A stretch of DNA of 64,000 nucleotides from assembly GCA_964035545.1 (NCBI GenBank), contig OZ037766.1, forward strand, positions 11,832,722 through 11,896,721, read 5' to 3'. This DNA is from Bugula neritina. Taxonomy: Eukaryota; Animalia; Bryozoa. The translations under genes were made by a program, and so were the position numbers. Below the pieces are notes generated by a model, which worked only from the letters and a program-made list of their open reading frames with translations, was not told the DNA's origin and did no database searches. Positions 1-13,287 of this stretch are shown here, in pieces; positions within the stretch are counted from its first letter, which is position 1, and every line of letters begins with the position of its first letter.

Positions 1-112
1 AACATTGATGCATAAACAGGTGCAAACTGTAATTAGGCCACGTATTTGAATGTCACTCAATGTTTATAAACTTTGCTAAGCACCACCAATTTTATCTACT
101 ATACTTTTTCAG

Positions 113-180
113 ATGATGTGTATAGAATGTCTGGTTTGGAGTTGCGACACACTTTGCAGTTCTCATCAGCCAATGGTTTC
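113..180 (+). pseudogene. PDE12: PDE12-like terminal exon, 5' 68 nt only (truncated by deletion)
   Basis: Acceptor TTTTTCAG at 105-112, then DVYRMSGLELRHTLQFSSANGF. The sequence then jumps to the equivalent of ~5830, a deletion of about 1.9 kb. Confidence 0.8.
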
Positions 181-570
181 TGGTTTCTGGTTGCTTTGGC
201 GAATTATATGTAGCCTGTGAAAATAATGTCAAACTAATACTTGATTTTTAATCTATAATGCAATTTGCAGCAGCTAAAAATTTTAATGACAGATTTCTGT
301 AAGTTTTGCAACCATTTTATATTTGTATCCATAAATGTTGATTTCCATTGTATGCGTCAGAAAATGACACAACCTCTTGAATATATATAACTGGTATATA
401 AGCTTATTAAAAATGTATTGTTTTAAAAATAACAATACTTTCTATAGTATAATAATATACTATTAAAAAGTCTGTAGCATATTTATTTCTTGTGTAATAT
501 AATTGCTTTGTTGGTTTTTGGCTGGCTAAAATACTATTAAATCAATTTTGAATGAACAAAATATATTGCA

Positions 571-1365
571 TTATAGTGGGTAATAATTTTCTAAATTCTT
601 GAAAAAGATGGCATCAAAGTTTATGAGAAAAAATAGGATCTGGTTTATCAACATCAACCTTTCATAGCAACTGTCACAATCCACTTCCAGATCTTCGTCG
701 CATGTCTACAAAAAAATAAAATATGTACTGACTATGAATAATATCAATGAAAGAATAATTAAAGGAATTAGTACACTTCTATATCTGGCATCAACTTATT
801 TTCTGAGCTAAAATTTTAAACACTTATAACACTTTTTAACCAAGTAAAGTAAAGTTGTGAGTTAATTTTTGCATCATTTATACGTTTTCAATTTCAAAAA
901 AGCAAAGCTAATTACAAATCATTAGCTTAAAAATCTAATTTAATGCTCTTTTCCATGAATTTGTAGTTTAGTAGAATGTCTATTTATTTTTTTCATCACT
1001 TTCAACACTTTTTTTCAATTCTATATAATTATTAAAATATATTTTAATTCTGTTAAAGTATTGCAAAAACCTACCAAGCTGTGAACATGTCCATTCAAAC
1101 TATTCAAAAGTATTTTTTGGTGTTTAGCTTTGGTTGTCTGGTGAAGACATGACTCAGAGTTACAGCACAAAACATTCTCTTCCCCGTCAAAACATTCTTC
1201 ATAGTGTCGGTCTGGGAAAAGCTTGCCCATCTTGATATCACGATAATGTGTTTGTTGACAGTATTTAAACAACTTGTGCATCTGATGAAATGCAATGAGT
1301 TTGTGATTCTCCTGCTGTACTTCTGGCTTTATATAGCAAATCTGGGCCAACCTCAGTAGTAATTA
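571..1365 (-). pseudogene. Putative last two exons of an unidentified gene (exon ~1365-1075, intron, exon 705-571)
   Basis: ORF ...LAQICYIKPEVQQ...HVHSL ends at a phase-0 donor TTG|GTAGGT (1075). A phase-0 acceptor TTTTTTGTAG| at 705 opens TCDEDLEVDCDSCYERLMLINQILFFLINFDAIFFKNLENYYPL*. No recognisable domain. Confidence 0.45.
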
Positions 1366-3866
1366 AATATGCAACTTATCCAATAACCTGTCAATCAAGT
1401 ACTCTCCCTTGACTGTCCATGCACCGCTCTGATGAACAGTTAGGTAGGCAGGTCTATGGATATGGTAATTTGCTGTCATTCTATTTAAAATAATCTAAAA
1501 TAAACATCCAATAGTGGTGTCAGAAGAGCGGAAAAAACAATTTGAAGCATGTGATGTGAAGCTTCATTGCACTTTGGCAATACAAATACATTGGTTTTTA
1601 TATTGCACAATTAAGCTCAAACTGCTTGGTGCAAAAATTAGTTCAGATTTCCCAACAAGTTTATGTAATGTGAAATTGTTAAACATGATTATAGAGCAAA
1701 CAATTGTGATGACTTCTTTATCAAAGCAACAGCAACACAATAGTAGCAGTATGATTATGCAAAATAATGATCAGTCATTGTGTTAATTGTCTTCCACTTT
1801 GACAGAAAAAAAATTAGTCAAGCTCTAGCTTCGACATATGTATATATATATATATTTTGTTTACACAAGTGGGTTAAAAAGCCCCCCACAAAATAAACTG
1901 TCAGGTTCCCATTTTATATTAACTGGCTAATATTGGATGTTTTATAGCTTTGGAATATTTTAAGGTTGAAGTTGAAATTGAAATCATTTGCTTAGTAGGA
2001 TATAGCTATAGATTTGAAAACATCACAATTAATAAGTTTTCTAATTGTTAAGTACTCATCATTTGTTTATGAATTGCTAAAACCAACATCGTTCTTTTTT
2101 GTCCAGTTTTACGCTATGTTTTATTAATGTTTTTTAAAAAAAGTAAATGAAGTATAGGCAATAATTATTCACGTAAGCGCAACCCATGTGACAACTAACA
2201 AGAGGTACATGATAATTGGACCATGTGTGCAAAAGCATGACGATTAGAACACTATCTGTGTAAAAGCTCTGAGTCTGTAGTGGTAAAACATCACGTGGCT
2301 GTTAGTTTAGACGCTGCACGTGTCAGTTGCTACTCTTGCATAACAAATGAGGTGTCAGACAATTATATGACGAATTGTACAAAAATGCAAAAAATGTAAT
2401 TGTTTGAAAATTGTTGTTGTTTCTGCCTTCTGGGTTGATAGTTGTTTAATACTCTATTTTTTCACCTTTCTCCGCCATTTCCTGATCGGGTGGCAGTATA
2501 CTCACTATACTCTATTGCTTACAAATAATGTTTGGAGTAAATTATTACTATAATATAATGATATTATGTGTATATGATATGAGGTGAAAGCAGACCAATT
2601 ATGATAATTTGAAAATTATGAAAATCTAGAAAATTGACAAATTTGTAGCTCAAGTCAAGTTCATACTCAGGCTGTATCCATGATGAGGATGTCATATTCT
2701 ATACATTGATATCTGATAAACTATTCCGCCAACACCTTTGTGCAGTTGAAACAAAAATTCTTAAATTAATTCAGCTATAATCTGGTGTCATGCCAACAAT
2801 TAACTTCAGTTACTGTGGCTGGAAAAAAAAACAAAAGAAGTCGAAATATTCCTTTTCACAACATTCATTTCATGCCAATGTAGGTAGCAAATTTACATAA
2901 TGACATCAACTAGAGGAAAATTTGCATCAACTCTGTAAATATTTGTAGTTACTTCATGAACAAATATAGGAAATCCCACCCTGTTGTTTTAGCTACATGT
3001 GACTGGTCTAAAAGTAGAACACTCCTTCCTGTATTATTCAACCAATTCAAATAAATTTCATTCTGTTATGAAAATCTTCAAGCTAGACCGAATGGTTAGA
3101 TACAAACAAGTCAATTACATAGACATGATTGTAATAGTATTTATTTTTTACTGTACATATCAGTATAAAGTTTTGCAAAATGTTGTTTAGCAACATAAAA
3201 ATAATGCCGATGCACAACATACTTTGCATTTGTTTAGTATCTCGTAATCCGACATAAAAAATCAAAACCAATAATAAGCAACATCTATATAGGATGTATT
3301 TGCTTAGCTTTGTAAAATCATTACTCAGTTTTCCCCAATTTCTTTCTCTTTTTTCAATTTCAGTGCTACTACGAGTATATAAGTATTACTATATTACTAT
3401 ATAAGTATTACTATATTACTGCACAAGTATTATTATATTACTGCACATATATTACTATCTTGATATATAAATATTACTATGTAACAAGTATTGCTACATT
3501 TTTCAATATAAATAATTCATCTTTGAGTTAACTGTGACATGCTCCAGATATTTGGTAATAAATAAGCATGGACCTTCTCAAACTGCAACCAATAGTATTT
3601 CTTTCAATATCATTAGTTGTGAAGTTGTCTATACAGTATTGAAGTTTTAAAATTATTCATGTTTTAGTAGATATACGGGGCTTCATGATATATATTGCAT
3701 TGCAATTATATCATATTAGATATAATAGGACAGTTTACATTTGTAATCTACTGACATTGATGCATAAACAGGTGCAAACTGTAATTATAGGCCGCATATT
3801 TAGATGTCACTCAATGTTCATAAACTTTGTAATGCACCACAACTTTTATCTATCATGCTTTTTCAG

Positions 3867-4120
3867 ATGATGTGTATAAAGCGTTTGGTTTGGAGTTGCG
3901 ACACGCTTTGCAGTTCTCATCAGCCAGTGGTTTCCCTCAGTTTACAAATTATGTGCCAGCATTTAAAGAATGCATAGACTACATATTCTACGAGACAGAG
4001 CATATCTGTGTAGAGTTCGTAGTACCCATGCTGTTTGAAGCTCAATTAGATGGAAGCCTTCCTAATGAAAACTTTCCTTCTGATCATATTCCCCTCATCT
4101 GTGACTTTTCTTGGAAATAG
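3867..4120 (+). pseudogene. PDE12: PDE12-like terminal exon, intact reading frame but upstream exons deleted in this unit
   Basis: TTTTTCAG acceptor at 3859-3866. SSASGFPQFTNYVPAFKECIDYIFY...LPNENFPSDHIPLICDFSWK* matches the PDE12/CCR4-Nocturnin EEP C-terminus (TNY..F..CLDYIF...PSDH.ALVCDLKWK). Confidence 0.85.
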
Positions 4121-6152
4121 TTATGTTTGCAAATCTCTATGTTTATGTAACTTGGAGTATAACTCAAAGTTAAACAGCTAATCTCTCGTTTATCAAAATT
4201 AAAACTTTATTACCTTCCAAGCACTAATTATAATAAGGTTGCTTTTCTTTTTGTAAGCATTCCTTGCCATATATTGTAGTGTTTTAAATGAGTATTATGG
4301 AAATTAGTTATATACATTAGGAAATCATTAAAAAAATAGATGCATAGACTACATATTCCTCTCAACTGTAACTTCTCTTGGGAGTAGTTATGTTTGCAAA
4401 TATTTAACTATTTATGTAACTTGAAGTATAACTCAAAATTGAACAGCTAATCTCTCGTATGTCAAAATACAATTCCATTTACTTTTTATATACTAAATAT
4501 GAGGTTGTGTTTTTGTAAGTGTTCCTTGCCATGTTGTTGTGTTTTAAATGAGCATTAGCGGAATTAGTTATATACATTAAGATATCATCAAAACATGAGG
4601 TTAGATTTACCATCTTTTAAAACAATAGGCTTAGGCAATACCAAGTTAAACTATGTAACTTTATTCATATTTTTTTGGTGTTTTTTTAAACCAGAGGTGT
4701 TTAGAGTTGTAGGCTCATTTGGTTGCCTAAGAGAAGCAATTACAAACTTTTTACATTATTGAAGTTTTGCAATAGTTTGTCATTTAATGTACATGTAATG
4801 ATTTATCCCAACAGTCAAGTTGCTTTTTCATGATGCACAGAAGTATTTTTCAATATGTTCTTGTTGTATTATGAATTTTTACTTCAATTTTTTTTATTTC
4901 TTTCTAAATTAAGCATTATCTTTATAAAAACACAAAAATCGAATTAAATATAAATTAATTTTTCCTTCTAGATAAAAATTTAAGTACGTCAATTTACTGG
5001 CTAATAAAAATGTTTGAAAAGTTTTATAATTATGTTGAGTGAGTAATGGAGTGGGTAGGGAAAATATGTAATCAGGTTGGTTGGTATTGTAGAATAGTTC
5101 ATTTTTTATTGGAGTTTAAAATTAATGGTACCCACCACTTGTGTTGCAGGCAGTTTTCGATGTAATATTAACAATTATTGACAATGATAAAATAATAATA
5201 ATATTAATAATATATGACTTATAATTCTATCATATTTTAGTGTTCTTTATGTTCTGTTGGGAACATAGAAAGCCTCTATGCTGGTTTAATGATTTCCCCT
5301 CTTTGCTGCTTTTAACCCTTAAAAGGTAAGAGTTAGCATCGTAATCACAGTCAACCAACAAAAGAAACAATTGTTGATTAAATTACCTGGTAAATTAAAC
5401 ATCATAAAATTAAGCAAAAATGTCAATAACCTTATAACAAAAACAGACCATATTATTATAATTTAAAAACTATCTAATGCAAATATATCATAGCACTTTA
5501 TTGATATTGTTAAATTAATTTAAAAATTGTTCAACCATTTTTGGGGATTGTATACTACAGTAGCAACTCTTGTAGAACTACATGTATAGATGACTATATT
5601 ATTGTTGTGTAAATAATTTTTGGTAGTATTAAATGTGCAACGATTTTTCACCAAATAAATAGGTCAACTGTAAGTACAAAAAAAACAGATTTACTTATCA
5701 TGTAATACTTTATCAGTTGTCTTCAACTAATGTTTGTGAAAGGCTGTAACCGTTTTCTATTATCAACAATTAATAGTATTTTAGCTTAACTGTATGTCAA
5801 ATGTATACCTCAAAATTACAATTAGACATGTTGCTTTGGCGAATTATATGTAGCCTGTGAAAATAATGTCAAACTAATACTTGATTTTTAATTTATAATG
5901 CAATTTGCAGCAGCTAAAAATTCTAACGACAGATTTCTATAAATTTTGCAACCATTTTATATTTGTATCCACAAATGTTAAATTCAATAGCATGTTTCAG
6001 AAAGTGACACAACCTCTTGAATGTATATAACTGGTATAGGCTTATTAAAAATGCATAGTTTTAAAAATAACAGTACTTTTTATATAGTATAATATACTAT
6101 TAAAAAAGTCTGTAGCATATGTATTTCTTGTACAATTCTTTTCTATTTTAAT

Positions 6153-6503
6153 CTATTCTGTTCTGCTCCGCTCTGCTCCGCTCTGCTCCGCTCTGCTCCG
6201 CTCTGCTCCGCTCTGCTCCGCTCTGCTCCGCTCTGCTCCGCTCTGCTCCGCTCTGCTCCGCTCTGCTCCGCTCTGCTCCGCTCTGCTCCGCTCTGCTCCG
6301 CTCTGCTCCGCTCTGCTCCGCTCTGCTCCGCTCTGCTCCGCTCTGCTCCGCTCTGCTCCGCTCTGCTCCGCTCTGCTCCGCTCTGCTCCGCTCTGCTCCG
6401 CTCTGCTCCGCTCTGCTCCGCTCTGCTCCGCTCTGCTCCGCTCTGCTCCGCTCTGCTCCGCTCTGCTCCGCTCTGCTCCGCTCCGCTCCGCTCTGCTCTG
6501 CTC
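6153..6503. repeat. (CTCTGCTCCG)n decanucleotide microsatellite, about 33 copies
   Basis: Directly visible perfect repeat at 6171-6480 with pentamer-variant edges (TTCTA, TTCTG, CTCTG). Confidence 0.99.
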
Positions 6504-6698
6504 TTGAATACATATAACTGGTATAAGCTTGTTAAAAGTGTATATTTTTAAAAATAAAAATACTTTCTATAGTATAATAATATACTATTAAAAAGTCTGT
6601 AGCATATTTATTTCTTGTGTAATATAATTATTGCTTTGTTGGTTTTTGGCTGGCTAAAATACTATTAAATCAATTTTGAATGAACAAAATATATTGCA

Positions 6699-7370
6699 TT
6701 ATAGTGTGTAATAATTTTCTAAATTGTGGAAGAAGATGGCATCAAAATTTATTAGAAAAAAAAACAGAATTTGGTTTGTCAACATCCACTTTTCATAGCA
6801 ACTGTCACAATCCACTTCCAAATCTTCGTCGCGTGCAAAAAATTAAAATATGCACTGGCTATATAAATAATTTCAATGAAAGAATTGATAAAGTAATTAT
6901 AGTATTCTTCTATATCTAGCATCAATTTATTTTATGAGCTAAGATTTTAAACACTTGTAGCACTTTTTAACCAGTAAAGCAAAATTTTGAGCTAATTTTT
7001 GCATCTCTTATTGGTTTTCAATTTTAATTCTATATAATTATCAAAATATATTTTGAGTCTGTTAGTATTGCAAAAACCTACCAAGCCGTGAACATGTTCA
7101 TTTGAACTATTCATAAGTATTCTTTGGTGTTTAGCTTCAGTCGTTTGGTGAAAACATGACTCAGAGTTACAGCACAAAATAATCTCTTCCTCGTAAAAGC
7201 ATTCTTCATAGTGTCGGTCTGGCAAAAATTTGCCCATCTTGATATCTCGAAAATGTATTTGTTGACAGTATTTAAACAACTTGTGGATCTGATGAAATGC
7301 AATGAGGTTTGTGATTCTCCTGCTGTATTTCTGGCTTTATATAGCAAATCTGGGCCAACCTCAGCCGTAA
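6699..7370 (-). pseudogene. Second copy of the unidentified minus-strand exon pair, disrupted
   Basis: Homologous to 571-1365. The acceptor of the terminal exon is deleted (GTCGCGTGCAAAA) and both exons are frameshifted. Confidence 0.4.
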
Positions 7371-9552
7371 TTAAATATGGAACTTATTCAACAACCTGTC
7401 AGGCAAGTACTCTCCCTTGACTGTCCACGCACTGCTCTGATGAACAGTTAGGTGGGCAGGTCTATGGTCTATTTCAATAATCTAAAATAAACACCTAATA
7501 GTGGTGTCAGAAGAGCAGAAAAACAATTTGAAACATGTGATGTGAAGCTTCATTGCACATGGGCAATACAAATACAGTGGTTTTTGTATTGCTCAAAGCT
7601 CAAACTGCTTTGTGTAAAAATTAGTTCAGATTTCACAACAAGTTTATGTAATGTGAAATTGTTAAACATGATTATAGAGCAAACAATTGTGATGACTTCT
7701 TTATCAAAGCTGCAGCAACATTATACTAGCATTAATTATACAAATTATGAAGCAAAATGATCAGTCATTGTGTTAATTATCTTTCACTTTGACAGAAAAA
7801 ACATTAGTTAAGCTCTAGCTCCCATATACGTACATATGTATTGTGTTCACACAAGTGGGTTAAAATAGCTCGCACAAAATGAACTGTCAGGTTATCATTT
7901 CATATTAACTCGCTACTATTGAATTCTTTATAGCTCTGCAATATTTTAAGGTTTAAGTTGAAATGTAGGAGATGTAATTGTTTAAGAATTGTTGTTTCTG
8001 GGTTGATACTCGTTCAATACTCACTATACTATTGCTTACAAATAATGTTTTGAGTAAATTATCACTATATAATGATATTATGCATATGAGGTGAAAGCAG
8101 ACCAATTAGGATAATGCAAATTAAAAAATTCTAGAAAATTGACAAATTTGTAGCTCAAGTCAAATTCATACTCAGGCTGTATCCATATTGAAGATGTCAT
8201 ATTCTATACATTAATATACCTGAAATATTTCAACACCTTTGTACAGTTATAATGAAAGTTCTTAAATTAATTCAGCTATAATCTAGTGTCATGCCAACAA
8301 TTAACTGCAGTTGCTATGGCTGGAAAAAAAAACCAAAAAAAGTCAAAATATTCTTTTACACAACATTCATTTCATGCCAATGTGGATAGCAAATTACCAT
8401 AATGACTGTACTTAGAGGAAAAATTTGCATTAACTCTGTAAATATTTCCAGTTACTTCATGAACAAATATAGGAAATCCCATGACCCTGTTGTTTCAGCT
8501 ACATGTGACTGGCCTAAAAGTAGAACACTCCTTCCTGTATTATTCATCCAAATCAAATAGATTACATATGAACATCTTCAAGCTAGACCAAATGGTTAGA
8601 TACAAACAAGTGAATTACATTGCCATGATTTTAATAGTATTTATTTTTTACTGTACATATAGTTTTGATTAAAAACATTTAACTTATCAGCAGAATATTT
8701 GAAACATATGTGATGGTAATTTGGTTATGTATTATGTTATGAAAAGCACAAACATATGCCGTAAAAATAGATGAAAGTGAAAATTTATAAAATATTTTAT
8801 GAGCATATAACATACAGCAGGTGTATTCATTAGCTGTGAATCAGTAGGAGTTTGTTAAAATTAACAGAATCAAAACTGAACTGCATCTACATTGATTTAA
8901 ATGTTGAGTAGACTTCATTTCACTTGAACAGTATTTTATTTTCTGAGGTCTCAGCATCTATATAGGACGTATTTGCTTAGCTTTGTAAAATAGTTACTCA
9001 TTTTTTTTCAATTTCTTCCTCTTTTTCAATTTCAGTGCAATGGTATGAATAGAATCGGTATATACAATACAGGTTATACATTCAAATAGAAAAATTGAAA
9101 ATGTTGAGATATAATAAAACAATTTGCTGTTATTTGTAATTATATAGCTGATGTCTGTAAATAAGTATAAATAACAATCAGAATAACACTTCTTTATCTC
9201 TGGAAGAAAGATTAAATGGTAATTTCAAAGAAAATCATTGTAACTTTAATTCCAATTTCATCATAATCAGAACCCATGAATATGTACATGCAGATGTATT
9301 ATAATAATGATGCCAAAGTCAGAACCATATTTTCCATGCACCATAACATCACTTTTCAATTGTGCTTCACGTGGAAGAAGTCTGTCATTGCTGCGTAACA
9401 TTAAATATCCAAAACATTATCCACACTTCTATTTGTAAATATTCGTTCTTCTCTCTTAACTGTTGGAATTTTATACCTAAGACAACAAGAAGTGTAGATC
9501 TTACCCAAGTTCTTTCAAGTCATTGTTATATCAGTACAAGAATAAATAATAA

Positions 9553-9677
9553 TGTATTGTATTGTATTGTGTTGTGTTGTGTTGTGTTGTGTTGTGTTGT
9601 GTTGTATTGTATTGTATTGTATTGTATTGTACTGTACTGTACTGTACTGTACTGTACTGTATTGTATTGTATTGTAT
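9553..9677. repeat. Compound pentanucleotide microsatellite (TGTAT)n(TGTGT)n(TGTAT)n(TGTAC)n(TGTAT)n
   Basis: Directly visible. It sits at the junction of a deletion that removes the upstream PDE12 exons in this unit. Confidence 0.97.
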
Positions 9678-10086
9678 ACACGGGTGTTACTATACTGCTA
9701 TATAAATATTACTAGGTAACAAGTATTACTATAATTGTTCCATATGATTCACCTTTGAGTTAACTGTGACATGCTCTAGATATTTGGTAACAAATAAGCA
9801 TAGACCTTCTTAAACTGCAACATAATATATTATTTACTTTTAAATTATTAGACGTGGAGTTGTCTACACAGTAATAAAGTTGTAAAATTGTTCATTGCGG
9901 CTTCATGTCATACTGCATTACAATCATAACATAATATTAGATATAATATGATATGCTACAGTTGTAATCTACTAACATTGATGCATAAGCATGTGTGAAT
10001 TGTAGTTAAGCCACACATTTTGATGTCACTCAATGTTCATAAACGGTGTAATGTGCTGCAAGTTTTATCTACTGTATTTTTTTCAG

Positions 10087-10342
10087 ATGATGTGTATATA
10101 AAATGTCTGGTTTGGAGTTGCCACACACTTTGCAGTTCTCATCAGCCAGTGGTTTCCCTCAGTTTACAAATTATGTGCCAGCATTTAAAGAGTGTATAGA
10201 CTACATATTCTACGAGACAGAGCATATCTGTGTAGAGTTCGTTGTACCCATGCCGTCTGAAGTTCAATTAGATGGCGGCCTTCCTAATGAAAACTTTCCT
10301 TCTGATCATATTCCCCTCATCTGTGACTTTTCTTGGAAGTAG
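10087..10342 (+). pseudogene. PDE12: PDE12-like terminal exon, frameshifted
   Basis: Acceptor AG at 10085-86. A 2-nt insertion (GTGTATATAAAATG versus GTGTATAAAATG) shifts the frame before MSGLELPH...PSDHIPLICDFSWK*. Confidence 0.85.
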
Positions 10343-10464
10343 TTATGTTTGCAAATCTCTATGTTTATGTAACTTGCAGTACAACTCAAGGTTAAATAGC
10401 TAATCTCTCTTATGTCAAAATACAATTCCATTTTATATACTAAATATGAGGTTGTGTTTTGTAA

Positions 10465-10808
10465 GCCTAGGGCCACACTGTGCGTATTTTCGCATGCGAA
10501 AATTGAAACCACAAGTAGCAAAGGTGTCCACTGTAGCGTCAGTGATGCGTGAGAAATAGAGCGTTCATTTTTAAATCGCACTCGCTTTCAATAAAATGCA
10601 ATTTACTGGAATGTAGCACTAAAATAAAGAAATTGGGCTCACTTAATAACTACCAGCCAATTAGGTGACGACGACAGAGACGATTCGCACTTGCGTTGAA
10701 AATGCAGAGCGACAAGTGCGAATGTTTTCTCAACGCGCACAGTGGACACCTTTGCTACTTGTGATTTCAATTTTCGCATGCGAAAATACGAACCGTGTGG
10801 CCCTAGGC
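10465..10808. mobile_element. PIF/Harbinger (Tourist-like) MITE, 344 bp
   Basis: Imperfect TIRs of about 70 bp (GCCTAGGGCCACAC.GT.CGTATTTTCGCATGCGAAAATTGAAA...). TAA duplication at 10462-64 and 10809-11. The paralogous empty site TTTTGTAAGTGTT is at ~4511 and ~63093. Confidence 0.9.
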
Positions 10809-13287
10809 TAAGTGTTTCTTGACATATTGTTGTGTTTTAAATGAGTATTAGGAGAGTTAGTTATATACATTAGGAAATCATTAAAACATGAGGTTAGATT
10901 TACCATTTTTAAAACAATAAGCTTGGGCAATACCAAGCTGAACTATCTAATTTTATTCATATGCTTTTTGGTGTTTTTTAAACAAGAGTTGTTTGAAATT
11001 GCAGGTTCATTCGGCTGACTAAGAGAAGCAATTACAAACTTTTCACATCATTGAAGTTTTGCAACAGTTTGTCCATTATGTAATGATTTATTGTAAAGTC
11101 TAGTCGCTTTTTCATGCCGTACCGAAGTATTTTTCAATATGTTCCACCTGCATTATGAATTTTTACTTTACTGTTTTTGACTTACTTATAAATTAGGCAT
11201 TATATTTTATACAAACACAAAAATCGAATCAAATATAATTTATTTTTTTCTTCTACATAAAAATTTAAATACTTCAGTTTACTGGCTAATAAAGAATGCT
11301 TAAAGTTTTTTTATAATTATGTTGAATGATTAATGGAGTGGGTAGGGAAAATATGTAACCAGATTGGTTGGTTGTAGCATGGTTTATTATTTATTAGAGT
11401 TTAAAAATAATGGGACCCACCACTTGTGTTGCAGGCAGTTTTCAATGTAATAATAATAGTTATTGACAATGTTCAATTAGTAACAATTAATAATAAATGA
11501 CATATAATTCTTTTACATTTTAGTGTTCTTTATGTTTTGTTGCGAATATAGAAAGCCTCTATAATGCTGGTTGAATGATGTTCCCCTCTTTGCCTCTTTT
11601 AACCCTTTAAAGGTAAGCATTGTAATTAAAGTGAATCAACAAAGGGAACAATTGCTGATTAAACTACCTGGTGAATTAAACATAATAATAAAATTAGGCT
11701 AAAATCACAATAATTTTAAAATAAAGCCAGGAAACATTATTCTAAGTTTGTATTTATCTAAGACAAATTTATTATACCACTATATTGATATTGTTAAATG
11801 AATTTGAAAATTATTCAACCATTGTTTTTGGAATTATATACCAGACTAATTAGAGTAACAAATCTTGCAGGCCTGTATGCATAGATGACTATAATAACAT
11901 TGTGTTCAAATAATTTTTGGTAGTATTAAATGTGCAACAATTTTTCACTAAGTGAGTAGGTCAGCCGATAGCTATAGCCTATAAGTACCAAGGAAAACGC
12001 ATCTACTTATCGTACAACACTGACAGACCAGAGGTTTTATGTTTTCTATATCTTTTATGCAAATTACTGAGGGCCACAGCGTCTTGATACAAACAAATAT
12101 ACCTTTCTGTATCACCACTTTTTCTAGTTGAAAATGACCAATTTTAAATGCAAAAATTAGTATATCTCATTTGCCAAAAATAGGTATTTAATTTTTGACA
12201 CTAATTTTTGACACTAATATAGACAAAATTAGACCAATTGTTAAATAGAGTTCAGCTGCATCACACAGGGGTGCTTTTAAAATGTCCAGCATATTAAATA
12301 AAAAATAAGCTAGCCATGCTTTTCCTGTTCAATTAAATTACTCTGTTTTCTGGTATACTGAGTGCCAATTATACAAACAAACAAAAATACATACACATCT
12401 TGAACTACCAATTTATGGCTAAATATTAGTTTCCCTAAATGTGATAGAACATATATTCCTGATCTACTGCAAGAAGAATAATTAGCAAGCATTCTGGTAT
12501 ACTATCTTTCCTTGAAAACATAAATCACAGTAGTATATCTACTTATAGTAGCCATTATAACTTTGTGCATGTATCAAAGTAATGCTGAGGTCATAATAAA
12601 AAGGATAAAGAGTTTTGCAGTTGCTATATAGTAAGCCTACCGTGTAGTTTATGTAAAATGGTAGTACTACTGCTTTTTAAAAACTCAGCCTAATATATTA
12701 AAGTAACAAAATGTACTGTTATGGGCGAATGAAGAATCTTTTCTATAAGCTGTCATTCGTTTACATTTTTAACTTTTGCCATAGTTCAGTCATTTAAATT
12801 AAGCTTGCAATTTTATACCTTATAAATCATAGTAAACTTTACTTTATTGCGTTTAAAACAAAGTAAAATACATTAAAGCATAATTGATTTAATATTGCAA
12901 TTGGAACCCAAACTATAGTTAGGTGTTGAGTTGTATATACTAGCAGTCTATGAGTAAAATATTTGCTTTATATTTTGATTTTATGATCCAAGGATCCAGT
13001 ACTTCATCAAATGTTGTAATATTTTATCAGCTGTCTTTAAATGATGCATGTAGAAAGCTGTAACTGTTTTCTTTTATCAACAAATAGTATTTTAGCTTAA
13101 CCATATTATGCCAAATACATGCTTCAAAATTACAATTAGATATGTTGCTTTGACAAATTATATGTATATATAGGCTTTGAAAATAATGTCAAACTAATAC
13201 TTGATTTTTAATCTATAATGTAATTTGCAGCAGCTAAAAATTTTAAAATACTATTAAATCAATTTTTAATGAACAAAATATATTGCA

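Noticed and set aside
1514-1786. Recurrent plus-strand ORF VSEERKKQFEACDVKLHC...
   Set aside because: Its recurrence is explained by the duplication. Start and stop vary among copies, it is frequently frameshifted, and it has no ATG, splice context or known motif.
6148-6513. 121-aa ORF of SRAEQSGAER repeats
   Set aside because: It is the translation of the (CTCTGCTCCG)n microsatellite and is absent from paralogous units.
9362-9715. 117-aa ORF with VLYCI/VLCCV repeats
   Set aside because: It is a read-through of the pentamer microsatellite.
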